Position numbers and translations under genes: made by a program. From the IMG/VR virus record IMGVR_UViG_3300034072_000197, positions 1-36,347 of that record: a DNA stretch of 36,347 bases, one strand, 5' to 3'. This stretch comes from a virus. Its lineage: Duplodnaviria; Caudoviricetes. This document shows, piece by piece, positions 9,546 through 18,809 of the stretch (the first letter of the stretch is position 1; each line of letters starts with the position of its first letter). The notes below the pieces were generated by a model. It was not told where the DNA came from and did no database searches. It saw nothing but the letters and a program-made list of their open reading frames with translations.

Positions 9546-12263
9546 TCAGCGGTTGCCGGGCGTCATAAGCGTCGGCGGGTTGTTTCGCAGGTTCTCGATC
9601 TGCAGTTCCTGCATACGCTTCAAGTATGCATCACCGTTGCCGGTGGTCGCCGACCGCTTGAAGGCTTCCACCTCGTTGGCCGCAGCCTTCGGGTCGTTCA
9701 TGGCCGCCAACTGATCCCACGTGAAGCGCACCGGCTTGCCGCCTGCCGTGACCATCAGCTTCGTGCCGTTGTCGCGCAGAACGTAGAGCTGCACACCCTT
9801 GTCGTCGTCGGTCGTGTGCCACAGCGGGCGAGCGCGAATCTGCTCCAGATGCGCCTGCTTGGCTTCCTCCGGTGTGCGGGCGCCTGCCATGTCGGGCGGT
9901 GCGTCCACATCCTTCAGTTCGCTGACCGCGATGTTCATGCCGTTGCCAGCCACAGCCACGTTCACGGCCTTCGGGTAGCGCACGCCGTCGCGGATGTCGT
10001 AGTGGCCAAGCAGCATGGTCTGGGCGTTCTTCACGGCGTCTGCCGGATCGCGGCCAGCGGCGATCTGCTCGTAGGCCATCTTGCGCATGATCGACTCGTA
10101 ACTGTTCACCGTGCCGACCGACTGGGCGCTCATCACCGGGATCGCTCTGGCGAACTCGGTCAGCACTTCCGTGACCTGCTCCTTCACGATCTTCTGCTGG
10201 TCAGCCGTCACGGCCTTGGCCAGTTCCTCGTCCTTCACGCGGGCCAGCCGGGACACGTTCTCGCGGGCCGACTGCGATGGAAGGTTCGGGATCACCAGCA
10301 GTTCACCGCTGATCTTCCCGTCGCGCACGAGTTCCTGGAACACCTGCGGGAAGTACGTCGTGCCGTACTCCGACTCCAGCGAAGCGATCAGATTGGCGGA
10401 GTCCTCCGGCCTCGTGGCGGCCATCGCCATCTGCGCCCAGCGGTCAGCCTGCGAAGGCGTCAACAGGCGGCGTTTCTGAATGCCAAGACGCTGCTGCTCG
10501 GCCATGTTGGCATCGAGGAACTGCACGTTCAGAGACTGGCGCTCCTGCGGCGTCAGGTTCGGATTGGCCAGCTGCTTGGACAGCGCATTCACGCGCGGGC
10601 TGGTCTCGGTGGCGTACTTCACCGGGTCGGCCTCGCGCTTTTGCATCACGGAGCTTGCCGCCTGAATCTTCGTGGCACGGCGCGCGTCTGCGCTCGCGTA
10701 GCCCTCGCCAGGCTGCGGCTGCGATGCCTCGATGTCGGTGCGGATCTCGTCAAACGACTTCGTGGTGTACGCGGCGATGTCCTGCCCCATCTGGCGGGAC
10801 TTCTTGTACTCCTCGTAGATGCGCTGGCCGTCCTCGCCATAGGCGCGGGTAAAGCGCTCCGGCGCCAGCTCGACAGGTTCGACCTTGCCGTCCTGGTGAC
10901 CAGCCTGCAGGTCTTTCAACAGGCGGTCGGTCTCGGCCTTGAACTGCGCACCGATCTGCCGCACGCGGGTCTCAGCGATGTTGCGCAGCGCATACACCTT
11001 GTCCGGGTCCAGCCGAGCCGCCGTGGTGGACAGGGGCGGAACCGTGAAGCCCTGCCCAGCATCGCTCACCACGCCAGTGTCGGCGGCAGCCAGTTGCACA
11101 CCAGGCTCGCGGCGGTCCATCCCGGCGCGCTTGCTGATCTTGGACACGTAGTCTTTGGTTTCGGCAGGTGCGTACTGCAGCCAGTTCTCGCCGTGCTTCT
11201 CGACCAGAGATTCCACGCGACCGGGGCCAGCGTTATACGCGGCCAGCGCCTTCTGCACGTCGCCGCCGAAGCGCTTCAGCTGGGCGTTCATGTACGCCCG
11301 GCCAATGGCCTCGTTGTAGGCCGGATCGTTCTTGTAGCGCGTCTCGTCCCACGGCAGGCCAGCCAGGCGCGCGGCTTCAGGGCCGGTGCCGGGCATCACC
11401 TGGGCCACGCCTATGGCTCCTGCCTTGCTGGTCAGAGGCTTGCCGTCAGCGGCGAACTGCTTGCCACCAGACTCCTGACCGATCTGAGCGCGCCACAGGT
11501 CATCGGGTACTTCGCCAGCCACCACGGGCGCCACGGTGGACGCGCTGGGCTTCAGGCTGTCAGGCGTGGCCTTGGGCGGCTTCTCGCCAGGGTTCGCGGC
11601 CAGCCAGCCCTCGGGGTCGTTCTCCACGAACGCGCGCTCGCGGGCCAGCGTGTAGCGCTGCTTGATCCGCTGCGCTTCCTTGATCTTCGTGGCCTCATCC
11701 AGATCGGAGCGAGCCAGCAGCGCCTCGATGCGCCGGGTCGTCACCTGATCCAGAAGCTTCGGGTCTTGCCAGGCTGACGCGATGGTGCGCTCGTCGGCAT
11801 CCTCGGCCACAGCGCTGTCAGCCGTCAGCTTCGCCTCGGTCGCCTTTCTCTGGAAAGAATACGCGCTCGTCACGAAACGAGACTGCATGCTGGCGACCTG
11901 CTTGCGGAAATACTCCTTGCTGGCAGGCGTGGCAAGCTTGCGCTCGTTTTCCTCGGCCCACTTCAGCAAATCCTTGCGGATCGTCTCGCGCATGTCGGGG
12001 TCGCCAACCTTCCAGGCTTGCGAGCGCTCATCGAGGTTCTGCTGCCAGTAGGCGTCACCTTCAGACAGGATGTTGGCCACTTGCACGGCGTCCAGGTCGT
12101 TGGCTTCCTTCTCCTGCTGGCGGCGCATCTGATCTGCGATGCCCATGCCGATGCCGCCGATGCGCTCCAGCGCGTTGCCAATCGGGTCTGCGCCCGATGC
12201 CATAGCCACGCCGGGCAGAGAGTCCTGAACGTTCCTGCGCTGGTAGAAATTGATGGTCGCCAT
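9546..12263 (-). CDS. Internal virion protein with lytic transglycosylase (SLT) domain
   Basis: 905 aa. SLT motifs QESGG, GAIGVAQVMPGT, ALAAYNAGPGRV and ETKDYV. Position matches gp15-like ejection proteins. Confidence 0.85.
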   Translation of the reverse strand: MATINFYQRRNVQDSLPGVAMASGADPIGNALERIGGIGMGIADQMRRQQEKEANDLDAVQVANILSEGDAYWQQNLDERSQAWKVGDPDMRETIRKDLLKWAEENERKLATPASKEYFRKQVASMQSRFVTSAYSFQRKATEAKLTADSAVAEDADERTIASAWQDPKLLDQVTTRRIEALLARSDLDEATKIKEAQRIKQRYTLARERAFVENDPEGWLAANPGEKPPKATPDSLKPSASTVAPVVAGEVPDDLWRAQIGQESGGKQFAADGKPLTSKAGAIGVAQVMPGTGPEAARLAGLPWDETRYKNDPAYNEAIGRAYMNAQLKRFGGDVQKALAAYNAGPGRVESLVEKHGENWLQYAPAETKDYVSKISKRAGMDRREPGVQLAAADTGVVSDAGQGFTVPPLSTTAARLDPDKVYALRNIAETRVRQIGAQFKAETDRLLKDLQAGHQDGKVEPVELAPERFTRAYGEDGQRIYEEYKKSRQMGQDIAAYTTKSFDEIRTDIEASQPQPGEGYASADARRATKIQAASSVMQKREADPVKYATETSPRVNALSKQLANPNLTPQERQSLNVQFLDANMAEQQRLGIQKRRLLTPSQADRWAQMAMAATRPEDSANLIASLESEYGTTYFPQVFQELVRDGKISGELLVIPNLPSQSARENVSRLARVKDEELAKAVTADQQKIVKEQVTEVLTEFARAIPVMSAQSVGTVNSYESIMRKMAYEQIAAGRDPADAVKNAQTMLLGHYDIRDGVRYPKAVNVAVAGNGMNIAVSELKDVDAPPDMAGARTPEEAKQAHLEQIRARPLWHTTDDDKGVQLYVLRDNGTKLMVTAGGKPVRFTWDQLAAMNDPKAAANEVEAFKRSATTGNGDAYLKRMQELQIENLRNNPPTLMTPGNR

Positions 12264-12791
12264 TCAACGGCCTCCTGTGATCGTGCGCATGCGGCCACCA
12301 GAGCCTGTGCCAATGGCTCCAGCGCGGTCAGCGAATGCGGAATAGTTCGGGTTCGACATGGCGCCGTAGTACGAGGCGCCAGCGTTCAGCAGCGTGCCAG
12401 CCGCGTTCAGGTAGCCAGCCGTTTTCTTCTGCTTACCTTCCCAGCGCTGCATGTTCGCCTGATCCTGCAGGCCAGCGGCGCGCAGGTTGCCTTCATAGCG
12501 GATCGTGGCGCTGTCCATCTCGGCATCGTAGATCGACTGGCGCAGCATGTCGGCGTTCAGCCCGGCGCCTGCCTCGGCGCTTGCGGCCAGCGCCCTGCCC
12601 TGCTGTGCCTTGGCCTGCCTGCGCATCTGATCGTCTTGCGCAGCGGCATTCGAGCGGGCAATCGCAGCATTGGCCTCCATCGAGCGGGCGTTCGCGTCTG
12701 CGGCCTGCTGTGCAGCCTGGCCCTGCCGGATCGATCCCATCGCGGAGACAGCCGTAGAGGCCGCCATCAACATAAGTGGTACTGCTGCCAT
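12264..12791 (-). CDS. Small internal virion protein (gp14-like)
   Basis: 175 aa, A/Q/G-rich with a hydrophobic N-terminus. Lies between the GNAT-like gene and the SLT-bearing ejection gene. Confidence 0.7.
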   Translation of the reverse strand: MAAVPLMLMAASTAVSAMGSIRQGQAAQQAADANARSMEANAAIARSNAAAQDDQMRRQAKAQQGRALAASAEAGAGLNADMLRQSIYDAEMDSATIRYEGNLRAAGLQDQANMQRWEGKQKKTAGYLNAAGTLLNAGASYYGAMSNPNYSAFADRAGAIGTGSGGRMRTITGGR

Positions 12792-13222
12792 TACTTCACC
12801 CTCGCATACAAAAAACAGTCGCCTCCATCGGGGCGGTATGCCCGCATTGGCTCGGGCGTCTCCAGCGTGAATCCCAGCAGGCGCATCCAGCGGTGGCCTG
12901 CTTCAAACCCAGCATCGACCGTGGCCTCAATGCGCCGCCATTTCGCCTGCGCCAGAAACCCGGCAACCAGACGGTGGACGGTTAGCATCTGGCGGCCAGC
13001 GTCACGCGACATCAGCGCCCACGCCATTGCGCGATTGTCCCAGACTTCCACCACACCAGCGCACCCGATCACACGCGATCCGTCGGTGGCCGCGAAGCAC
13101 GGGCCAGCACGCACCAGGGACTCGACGTACTCAGGGTTTGTCATCTCCGGGCCGAAATACGCCTGCGCGTCCTGCAGCTGCAGGCTGGCCAGATGATGGG
13201 GCCGCAGGGCTTCGACCTTCAT
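12791..13222 (-). CDS. GNAT-fold protein (T7 gp13-like position)
   Basis: 143 aa with VIGCAGV, RRIEATVDAGFEAGHRWMRLLGFTLE. Located directly after tail tubular B. Confidence 0.7.
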   Translation of the reverse strand: MKVEALRPHHLASLQLQDAQAYFGPEMTNPEYVESLVRAGPCFAATDGSRVIGCAGVVEVWDNRAMAWALMSRDAGRQMLTVHRLVAGFLAQAKWRRIEATVDAGFEAGHRWMRLLGFTLETPEPMRAYRPDGGDCFLYARVK

Positions 13223-15447
13223 CGTGCGTCCTGCGTCGTGACCTGCGGGAAGATCGCCACCAGCGTGGAGGCGGTCGGCTGGGTGTTCGTGTAGATCAGG
13301 TAACAGTCGGTGCTGTAGCCATCGGGCCAGCTCACGATTTTGTCGCCCGTGTAAAGCGGAACGGCAACACCCATCGCGTCGGCTGCGGTGCGGAACTGCA
13401 GGTCGTCAAGCTGACTGTCATTGCCGCCGTAACTGCCGCCCACCGTGTTCAGGAACCGCAGCACGGCGCGGCTGATGCGCTTCGTCTTTCCCTGTGACAC
13501 GCCGTCCTGTGCGCCCGCTTCCAGACGCATGGACTTGTAGTAACACGGGCACGGCAGGCCGATCTGCACGACAGAGGCCGCACGCTGCAGCGTGATCTCG
13601 CCGCCAGTGACGGTGCGCTGCGGGTGCGGAGAGCCATCAGACAGCACACCGACCGTGCAGCCCTCCAGATGATCCAGGCCGCTGATCGTGGTGGCGGGTG
13701 CGCCGTCGTAGGTCAGGCCGCTGTCCACGTAGAACTGCGCCTCGATGTCGTCGCCGTCGCGCCACGGGCGGTCCATGTACTCGACGTAGCGCACCACGTT
13801 GCCGTCAATCGTGCGCTTCACAGAAAGCCACAGTTCAGAGCGGTCGCCCTCGGCTGCCGGGATGACGGCAATGGATTCCACCACGCCGTCGCCGCCAATC
13901 GGGTGACGGTGCCAGCCGCGCACCTTCTGCTCGTTGTTCCATGTGAACCCGATCAGCAGGCCGTCAGCGCGCATGCACCAGGCAATCGGCGTCGGCTCGT
14001 CGGCGAACACCATCTGCGTGACACCCGTGCGGGTGATGTGTTCTGACTCAACGGTCGTGTCGGTGGACTCGTAGCCGTCACTGCCAAATTCGTAGAACGT
14101 CTCGCGCGCCAGCAGGCCGGAACGCTGGATGAACAGGGTGGAGTTCCCATTTCTGACGGGCTGCATGGAGCGGCTGCCGAATTCGCTGATGGGGCGGCTG
14201 CGGCGGTTGTTCGGCCCAAGTGGGTCGCCGTTGGTCAATTCTCCAATGGCGAACTCACCGCCAGCTGTACCCACCAGCAGGTCTCGGTCAGGAACGATCC
14301 ACTGCACATCGTTGATCTTCCCGGATGACAGCGTGACCGTGAACGCGGCGTCGTCCGTCACCTGGCCATAGATGCGCGGCTGGTAGTCCGTGAAGTCGGC
14401 GGCCACGGAGAACCAGACGGTGCGGCCACGCGCCCACACCTGGCGCTCACGGTAGAACGACACGCAGGTCGGCCAGCCTTCGACGGATGACCACTCGCCA
14501 TGCGCCCAGCGCGCCGTGGCGTTGCCTGACCCCACCACCTGCGACGGCAGGCGTGACAGCACGGTGGCCGTGACCACGGTGCCAGAGGTGTAGCCAGTGA
14601 TGCGCACCCAGCCATAGCCTGGGTCTCGGTATTCCCACTGCACACCCGTGTCGCCGTCGTACAGTGCCCCCTCGGTATGAACCGGTCGGTTCGTGCCGGT
14701 CGTGGCCGTGTTTAGTGCTGAGTACGTCTTGCCATCAGACCGGCGCTCCGCTCCTGCGGAAATGGACTTGCTGACCTCCCAGGCCGGGATGGTGTTCACA
14801 TCCTTCGATTCCAGATAGAACAACGCGCCAACGTGGCCGGACTGGAATATCGAGGCCGAGGCCGTCAGCGTTATCCCGCTGCCCGTGGCTGCGCTCGCAT
14901 AGACCGTGGTGGCCGTGTCGTTCAGCGACTTCCACGGGCCGCCGGTCGGCTCGTAGGTTGTGAGCGTGAACGAGGTGGCACTGGTGCGCTGCAGGATGCG
15001 CGGTGCGTAGGACGGGTGAGCCAGGTACAGGAAGTCACCAGACTGCGCCCAGCGCAGCGTCGGCGTGCCGTCGGCGTTGTACAGGTCGGCGCTCGTGTAC
15101 GGCGTGGCCACCTCGACGGGGACGCCAGCCACCTCCAAGCGCCCTCGCACCTTCGTCACGGAGTCCCAGGTGTAGAACCGCACATACTGGTCTCCGAACT
15201 CCAGCACGTAGGCCTGGTCCACCGAATACTCGAAAGGCACCAGCAGAACGGGGCCGTCGGCGGCGTCCTTCACGGGCGCGATGTACCGCGTGCCGCCTCG
15301 GCGCACGTATGGCCCCTGAACGGTCGGGATGAAGTTCTCCAGGCGGCTGGCGGCGTTCGGATACTTGGCGTAGTCGATGCGACCATCCAGCATCGGGCTG
15401 AACTCGCCCGCATTGAGGTTGATGATTCCGGGTGATGCCTTGGCCAT
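13219..15447 (-). CDS. Tail tubular protein B (nozzle, T7 gp12-like)
   Basis: Start reassigned to ATG 15447 (MAKASPGIINLNAGEFSPMLDGRID), overlapping the TAA of tube A. Motifs ENFIPTVQG..RRGGTRY, GWPTCVSFYRERQVW, GWHRH and YVDSGLTYDG. Confidence 0.88.
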   Translation of the reverse strand: MAKASPGIINLNAGEFSPMLDGRIDYAKYPNAASRLENFIPTVQGPYVRRGGTRYIAPVKDAADGPVLLVPFEYSVDQAYVLEFGDQYVRFYTWDSVTKVRGRLEVAGVPVEVATPYTSADLYNADGTPTLRWAQSGDFLYLAHPSYAPRILQRTSATSFTLTTYEPTGGPWKSLNDTATTVYASAATGSGITLTASASIFQSGHVGALFYLESKDVNTIPAWEVSKSISAGAERRSDGKTYSALNTATTGTNRPVHTEGALYDGDTGVQWEYRDPGYGWVRITGYTSGTVVTATVLSRLPSQVVGSGNATARWAHGEWSSVEGWPTCVSFYRERQVWARGRTVWFSVAADFTDYQPRIYGQVTDDAAFTVTLSSGKINDVQWIVPDRDLLVGTAGGEFAIGELTNGDPLGPNNRRSRPISEFGSRSMQPVRNGNSTLFIQRSGLLARETFYEFGSDGYESTDTTVESEHITRTGVTQMVFADEPTPIAWCMRADGLLIGFTWNNEQKVRGWHRHPIGGDGVVESIAVIPAAEGDRSELWLSVKRTIDGNVVRYVEYMDRPWRDGDDIEAQFYVDSGLTYDGAPATTISGLDHLEGCTVGVLSDGSPHPQRTVTGGEITLQRAASVVQIGLPCPCYYKSMRLEAGAQDGVSQGKTKRISRAVLRFLNTVGGSYGGNDSQLDDLQFRTAADAMGVAVPLYTGDKIVSWPDGYSTDCYLIYTNTQPTASTLVAIFPQVTTQDAR

Positions 15448-16094
15448 TACAGGATCTCGAAACCAGAAGTGCCCAGCGATCCGTCGGCACGCACGGTGAA
15501 GTCGGTTGCGCCCTCGCGCGACTGCAGCCACGAACCCCACGACAGTTCGTCAGGTGGGTTCTCAATGGAGTCAGCGAACACGGCGCGCCTAATCGCGTCG
15601 TCGTACTGCGCGGCTGCGGCCTGCAGCTTGCCAGCGCTCTGCGTCAGGGTCTCGCAGGCTTCCATCGCCAGCTTGCAGGCCAGGGCGTCCACGAACAGCG
15701 CGTCGAACTGCGTGGTCTCGGTGACGCGAGAGACGTAGCGAATGGCCAGCGGCGCCTGCAGATTGGTGAGAATCCGGTTGCCCTCCAGCGCGAAGGGGGC
15801 CGTCTGCTTGATGCCGGTGCGCACGTAGAACTCGTTGACCTGCACCAGGCGCAGGAAGTCGCTGGGCAGTTCGTACTGCAGATCCCAACCCCAGTCGGGC
15901 GTAGCCACCAGTGCCGACAGCCGCGTGCGCTTGATGGCGAAGTTCCAGTTGTGCGCGCGGAGTTCGGCGTCCCGCGTGGCGTCGTAGATCGACAGCAGCG
16001 TGCGGGCAGGCTTGAGATTGTCATTGACTGACAGAACGGTCGCCTCGCCCAGCTTGATGAGCGCGCGATTGAAGATCGAGACTTGACTGGCCAT
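15447..16094 (-). CDS. Tail tubular protein A (adaptor, T7 gp11-like)
   Basis: ATG 16094 with a GGAG RBS. Motifs SQVSIFNRALIKLG, LRAHNWNFAIKR, YELPSDFLRL and FDALFVDALACKLA. Confidence 0.88.
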   Translation of the reverse strand: MASQVSIFNRALIKLGEATVLSVNDNLKPARTLLSIYDATRDAELRAHNWNFAIKRTRLSALVATPDWGWDLQYELPSDFLRLVQVNEFYVRTGIKQTAPFALEGNRILTNLQAPLAIRYVSRVTETTQFDALFVDALACKLAMEACETLTQSAGKLQAAAAQYDDAIRRAVFADSIENPPDELSWGSWLQSREGATDFTVRADGSLGTSGFEIL

Positions 16095-16147
16095 GGTGCG
16101 ACTCCGGGAGTGGTGTGATTGTCGCACCAGTGTTGCGAAAACACAAC
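16094..16147 (-). promoter_or_regulatory. Tail-operon promoter, two operator-like motifs and an RBS-occluding stem
   Basis: Minus strand TTGTGT-N17-GACAAT. Motifs at 16112-16128 and 16132-16147. Perfect 9-bp inverted repeat 16094-16102/16121-16129. Confidence 0.5.
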
Positions 16148-16150
16148 GGT

Positions 16151-16176
16151 AATAGAAAACGGACCCGAAGGTCCGT
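16151..16176 (-). terminator. Rho-independent terminator after the capsid module
   Basis: Minus strand ACGGACC-TTCG-GGTCCGT followed by TTTCTATT: 7-bp stem, UUCG tetraloop and U-rich tail. Confidence 0.8.
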
Positions 16177-16191
16177 CGTCTTGGTCATCGC

Positions 16192-16425
16192 TCAGATCAC
16201 ATCATCAGGATCGCCAGCTGGTTCAGCGGGCGGTGCCGGATTGCGAGGGCGCCTTGGATTGCGGAGCACCTTCACCTCAGGTTCGGCAGAGGCCGTAGCC
16301 TCCACCTTGTCCTGAACCAGCACCAGGCCATCAATGGGGGGATTGCCTTGGCCATCCCACTCCACCAGATCGCCGACCTTGATGCGCCGGTCGATGAAGC
16401 CCGGCAGGGTTGCGCGGTACTTCAT
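16192..16425 (-). CDS. Small hypothetical protein of the head module
   Basis: 77 aa with GAGG upstream. MKYRATLPGFIDRRIKVGDLVEW followed by a Pro-rich tail. Follows the cement gene. Confidence 0.7.
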   Translation of the reverse strand: MKYRATLPGFIDRRIKVGDLVEWDGQGNPPIDGLVLVQDKVEATASAEPEVKVLRNPRRPRNPAPPAEPAGDPDDVI

Positions 16426-16434
16426 CTCTCAGCC

Positions 16435-16902
16435 TCAGGTGATGTTGTAGCCGGAAGCGTAGCTGCGGTAGGCCTGGGCGTCTTTCACAAGGAAAGCGTC
16501 GAAGGCACCAGCCGTCAGCGGGCCGCTGGCCACGGTGTAGCGAACGCCGAGGTAGCGCTCGTAGGAACCAGCGGGAAGCTTCACCTTCACCAGCTCGGTG
16601 CCAGCAGTTGCGAAGCCTGCGAAGGCAATCGCGCCGGTCGAGAAGTGAACGGTGGCCGAGGTGGCCAGGTTCTCGGTGCTGTCAGACTCCAGCGTCACGG
16701 TCAGCGTGGCGTCGGAGCTGGTGTCGGTGCAGTCCACCACGGTGCGAACCACCAGATAGACATCCTCACCTGTGCCGATGTCGCGCGTGGTGTTGGTGCC
16801 CACCGAGCTGCCCAACGGGTAGAGGTCCACCACGTTGGTCGAGATCGCCGTGCTGGTGACAGCCTGGGCGTCAGAGAATTCGAGGAACTTGTCGAGCATC
16901 AT
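16435..16902 (-). CDS. Capsid cement/decoration protein (BPP-1 Bbp16-like)
   Basis: MMLDKFLEFSDAQAVTSTAISTNVVDL...ERYLGVRYTVASGPLTAGAFDAFL, GGAGG RBS, directly after the major capsid gene. Confidence 0.85.
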   Translation of the reverse strand: MMLDKFLEFSDAQAVTSTAISTNVVDLYPLGSSVGTNTTRDIGTGEDVYLVVRTVVDCTDTSSDATLTVTLESDSTENLATSATVHFSTGAIAFAGFATAGTELVKVKLPAGSYERYLGVRYTVASGPLTAGAFDAFLVKDAQAYRSYASGYNIT

Positions 16903-16917
16903 GATTGACCTCCAGGA

Positions 16918-17940
16918 TTAGGACACGGCGGTCTCGTTGTTCAGGATGGCATCGACCCGGCGGATCGGGATGCCCATGAACGAGAGTTCACCGCGGACGG
17001 GGGTGCCGAACTGGCTCAGGCCCTGCTCGATGCTCAGGGCGCTGGACGACTTCTGCAGGGCCATGACGCGCAGCAGCGAGAACACCGTGCGGTTCATGTA
17101 GAACACCGGGCGACACATACCGAACGACGGGATGCGGTCGATGGCGCGGCTCATCAGCTTGATGAGTTCGGTGGACGCGCTCGATGCCTGGGTGTCGCTC
17201 TGGGCTGCCAGGTGAGCGGTGTTGATGTTGGCGATGCGGGTGACATAGCGCCAGTCACGCAGGGCCAGGCCGCACTTCCACTGGTAGTGGTCGTGATAGG
17301 CGCGGTACTTGCCACCGGCTGGGTCGGACACGGTGTCCAGACCCAGATCGGTGTGCTGCAGACCAGCGGTGGAACCCTTGGGGTAGATGCCGTGGACGGT
17401 GTTGTCGCCCCAGCCCACCAGCCACACGGAGGTCAGCGTGGCAGCGCCGCCAGCGGAGATCACGTTCTGGCCGTTGGTCGCGCCGCTGATGGACGAGTAA
17501 CGGGGTGCCAGACCAGTGAAGGCCTCCGGCTCGGTGCCGCTGTTGCCGTAGATCAGGGTGGAGGCCATCTCCTGGTTAATGGCTTCCAAGAAGGCCATGT
17601 TCTCGGACAGGCGGAACTCGGGGGTGTTGCCGTTCAGCTCAGCCAGATCCTTGTCCACCTGACCGAAGGCTTCCAGCATGCCGCAGGTGTCATCGACCTG
17701 CACAGTGGTGGACTTCGACTGGGCAACGCCATAGTTCAGCTTGCGCCATGCCACGTCGGGCAGGCCGGTGCGAACCGTGGTGCGGTGACCGGTGGGCAGG
17801 TTGCCTTCCAGCCAGAGCATGTCGTCCAGAATGGGGTTGGACTGGTTCAGGAGTTCGACAATCGTGGCCACACGATCATCGGGGTCACGGCGCTTGGCCC
17901 AGTCGGCGAGCGTCAGCGCATTGGTAGCAAGGGTAGTCAT
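16918..17940 (-). CDS. Major capsid protein (BPP-1 Bbp17/epsilon15 gp7-like)
   Basis: LTLADWAKR, ELLNQSNPILDD, EGNLPTGHRTTVRTGLP, HGIYPKGSTAGL, LRDWRYVTRIANI and FMGIPIRRVDAILNNE. GGAGG RBS. Confidence 0.93.
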   Translation of the reverse strand: MTTLATNALTLADWAKRRDPDDRVATIVELLNQSNPILDDMLWLEGNLPTGHRTTVRTGLPDVAWRKLNYGVAQSKSTTVQVDDTCGMLEAFGQVDKDLAELNGNTPEFRLSENMAFLEAINQEMASTLIYGNSGTEPEAFTGLAPRYSSISGATNGQNVISAGGAATLTSVWLVGWGDNTVHGIYPKGSTAGLQHTDLGLDTVSDPAGGKYRAYHDHYQWKCGLALRDWRYVTRIANINTAHLAAQSDTQASSASTELIKLMSRAIDRIPSFGMCRPVFYMNRTVFSLLRVMALQKSSSALSIEQGLSQFGTPVRGELSFMGIPIRRVDAILNNETAVS

Positions 17941-17944
17941 TTGA

Positions 17945-18066
17945 CCTCCGAGTGGTTGGGCGCCGGGATGGCTGTATGTGGTGCGAATACAACATCACAT
18001 GCGTGGCGAATATACAACAGCCGTTGGATTTTCACAACATGTTGTTTTTTCACAACCACTCGGAGG
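17945..18066 (-). promoter_or_regulatory. Capsid leader: 14-bp anti-SD inverted repeat enclosing a sigma70-like promoter and four operator-like motifs
   Basis: CCTCCGAGTGGTTG (17945-17958) and CAACCACTCGGAGG (18053-18066). Minus strand TTGTGA (18037-18032)-N17-TATATT (18014-18009). Motifs at 17980, 18003, 18023 and 18041. Confidence 0.7.
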
Positions 18067-18072
18067 GCGGCT

Positions 18073-18807
18073 TTACTGCTGGTTGGAGCCGTACAGGATC
18101 TGCGCTGCACTGCGCTTGGCACCGCTCGTGGCGTTGCCCATGCCGACCGTAGCGTCGTGTTCGCCAAGACCCTTGCCGATGCCGTGCAGCAGCTGCACAG
18201 TGCCCTTGTAGCCCAGCACGGACTCCATCGCGGCAATCACGTCCTCCGCCTTCTCAGCCGGGAAGAACTGGCGTGCGGCACGGCGGGCGAACTCGTAGTT
18301 CTCCGGTGCGCGCTGGCCCCACTCGTTGTCGAGGTCGGCCTTCTCGGCGGTGTTCTTCTCGTGCAGGGCGCGGATCTCGGCCTGCTGGGCCTGCTCTGCG
18401 GCTGCGGCCTGTGCGGCGGTGAACTCGTTCCACTTGGTCGCCAGAAGCTGCGCCTGCTGGGGCAGAACGCCTGCGTCCTTGAACCACTCGGCAGCGGTCT
18501 TGGCGAACTGGCCGTCATCGCCTTCAGGCGTGGGCAGCTCGTAGGCCTCGGCGGACTCGGGCGCTCCGATCTGCTTGTAGAACGCCTGCCACTCCTCGGG
18601 TGTGGCTTCCTTGCCGGGCACCTTCAGCGCAGGCTGCTCGGTGGTCTCTGATGTTTCGGGTGCAGGCTGCGTCGGCTGGGAATCCCCGGCCCCTTCCGTC
18701 GGCGCGCCGCCATCGGGAGCAGCCTGCTGAACTGGCGCGGCTGGTGCCGCAGTGGTCGCGCCCAGCAGGTCGCTGGTTGCCGTGGTCACGGTTGCTTCGG
18801 TCGTCAT
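18073..18807 (-). CDS. Capsid scaffolding/assembly protein
   Basis: ATG 18807 with AGGAG RBS. P/A/T-rich N-terminus, EEWQAFYKQIGAPESAEAYEL, LDNEWG and C-terminal SAAQILYG. Directly upstream of the major capsid gene. Confidence 0.8.
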   Translation of the reverse strand: MTTEATVTTATSDLLGATTAAPAAPVQQAAPDGGAPTEGAGDSQPTQPAPETSETTEQPALKVPGKEATPEEWQAFYKQIGAPESAEAYELPTPEGDDGQFAKTAAEWFKDAGVLPQQAQLLATKWNEFTAAQAAAAEQAQQAEIRALHEKNTAEKADLDNEWGQRAPENYEFARRAARQFFPAEKAEDVIAAMESVLGYKGTVQLLHGIGKGLGEHDATVGMGNATSGAKRSAAQILYGSNQQ

Positions 18808-18809
18808 GG

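Noticed and set aside
9378-11777. 799-aa plus-strand ORF
   Set aside because: Antisense shadow of the SLT-bearing ejection gene. Long stop-free reverse frames are expected with high-GC codon bias, and it has no recognisable motifs.
15448-15540. Longer N-termini given by the ORF track (also at 16127, 23783, 26822, 27474, 29222, 33705, 34237, 34831)
   Set aside because: Downstream starts have RBSs, stop/start overlaps or promoter geometry and begin at the conserved motifs, so the extensions are unlikely.
16918-16960. T7 10A/10B-style frameshift extension of the capsid protein
   Set aside because: No slippery sequence seen near the stop, and the cement gene has its own GGAGG RBS.
17978-18060. 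Mini CRISPR array (repeats ending in ACAAC)
   Set aside because: The units are 16-17 bp, degenerate and separated by only 2-6 bp with no spacers. They fit operators better.
17212-18651. 479-aa plus-strand ORF
   Set aside because: Antisense to the capsid and scaffold genes; no independent evidence of coding.
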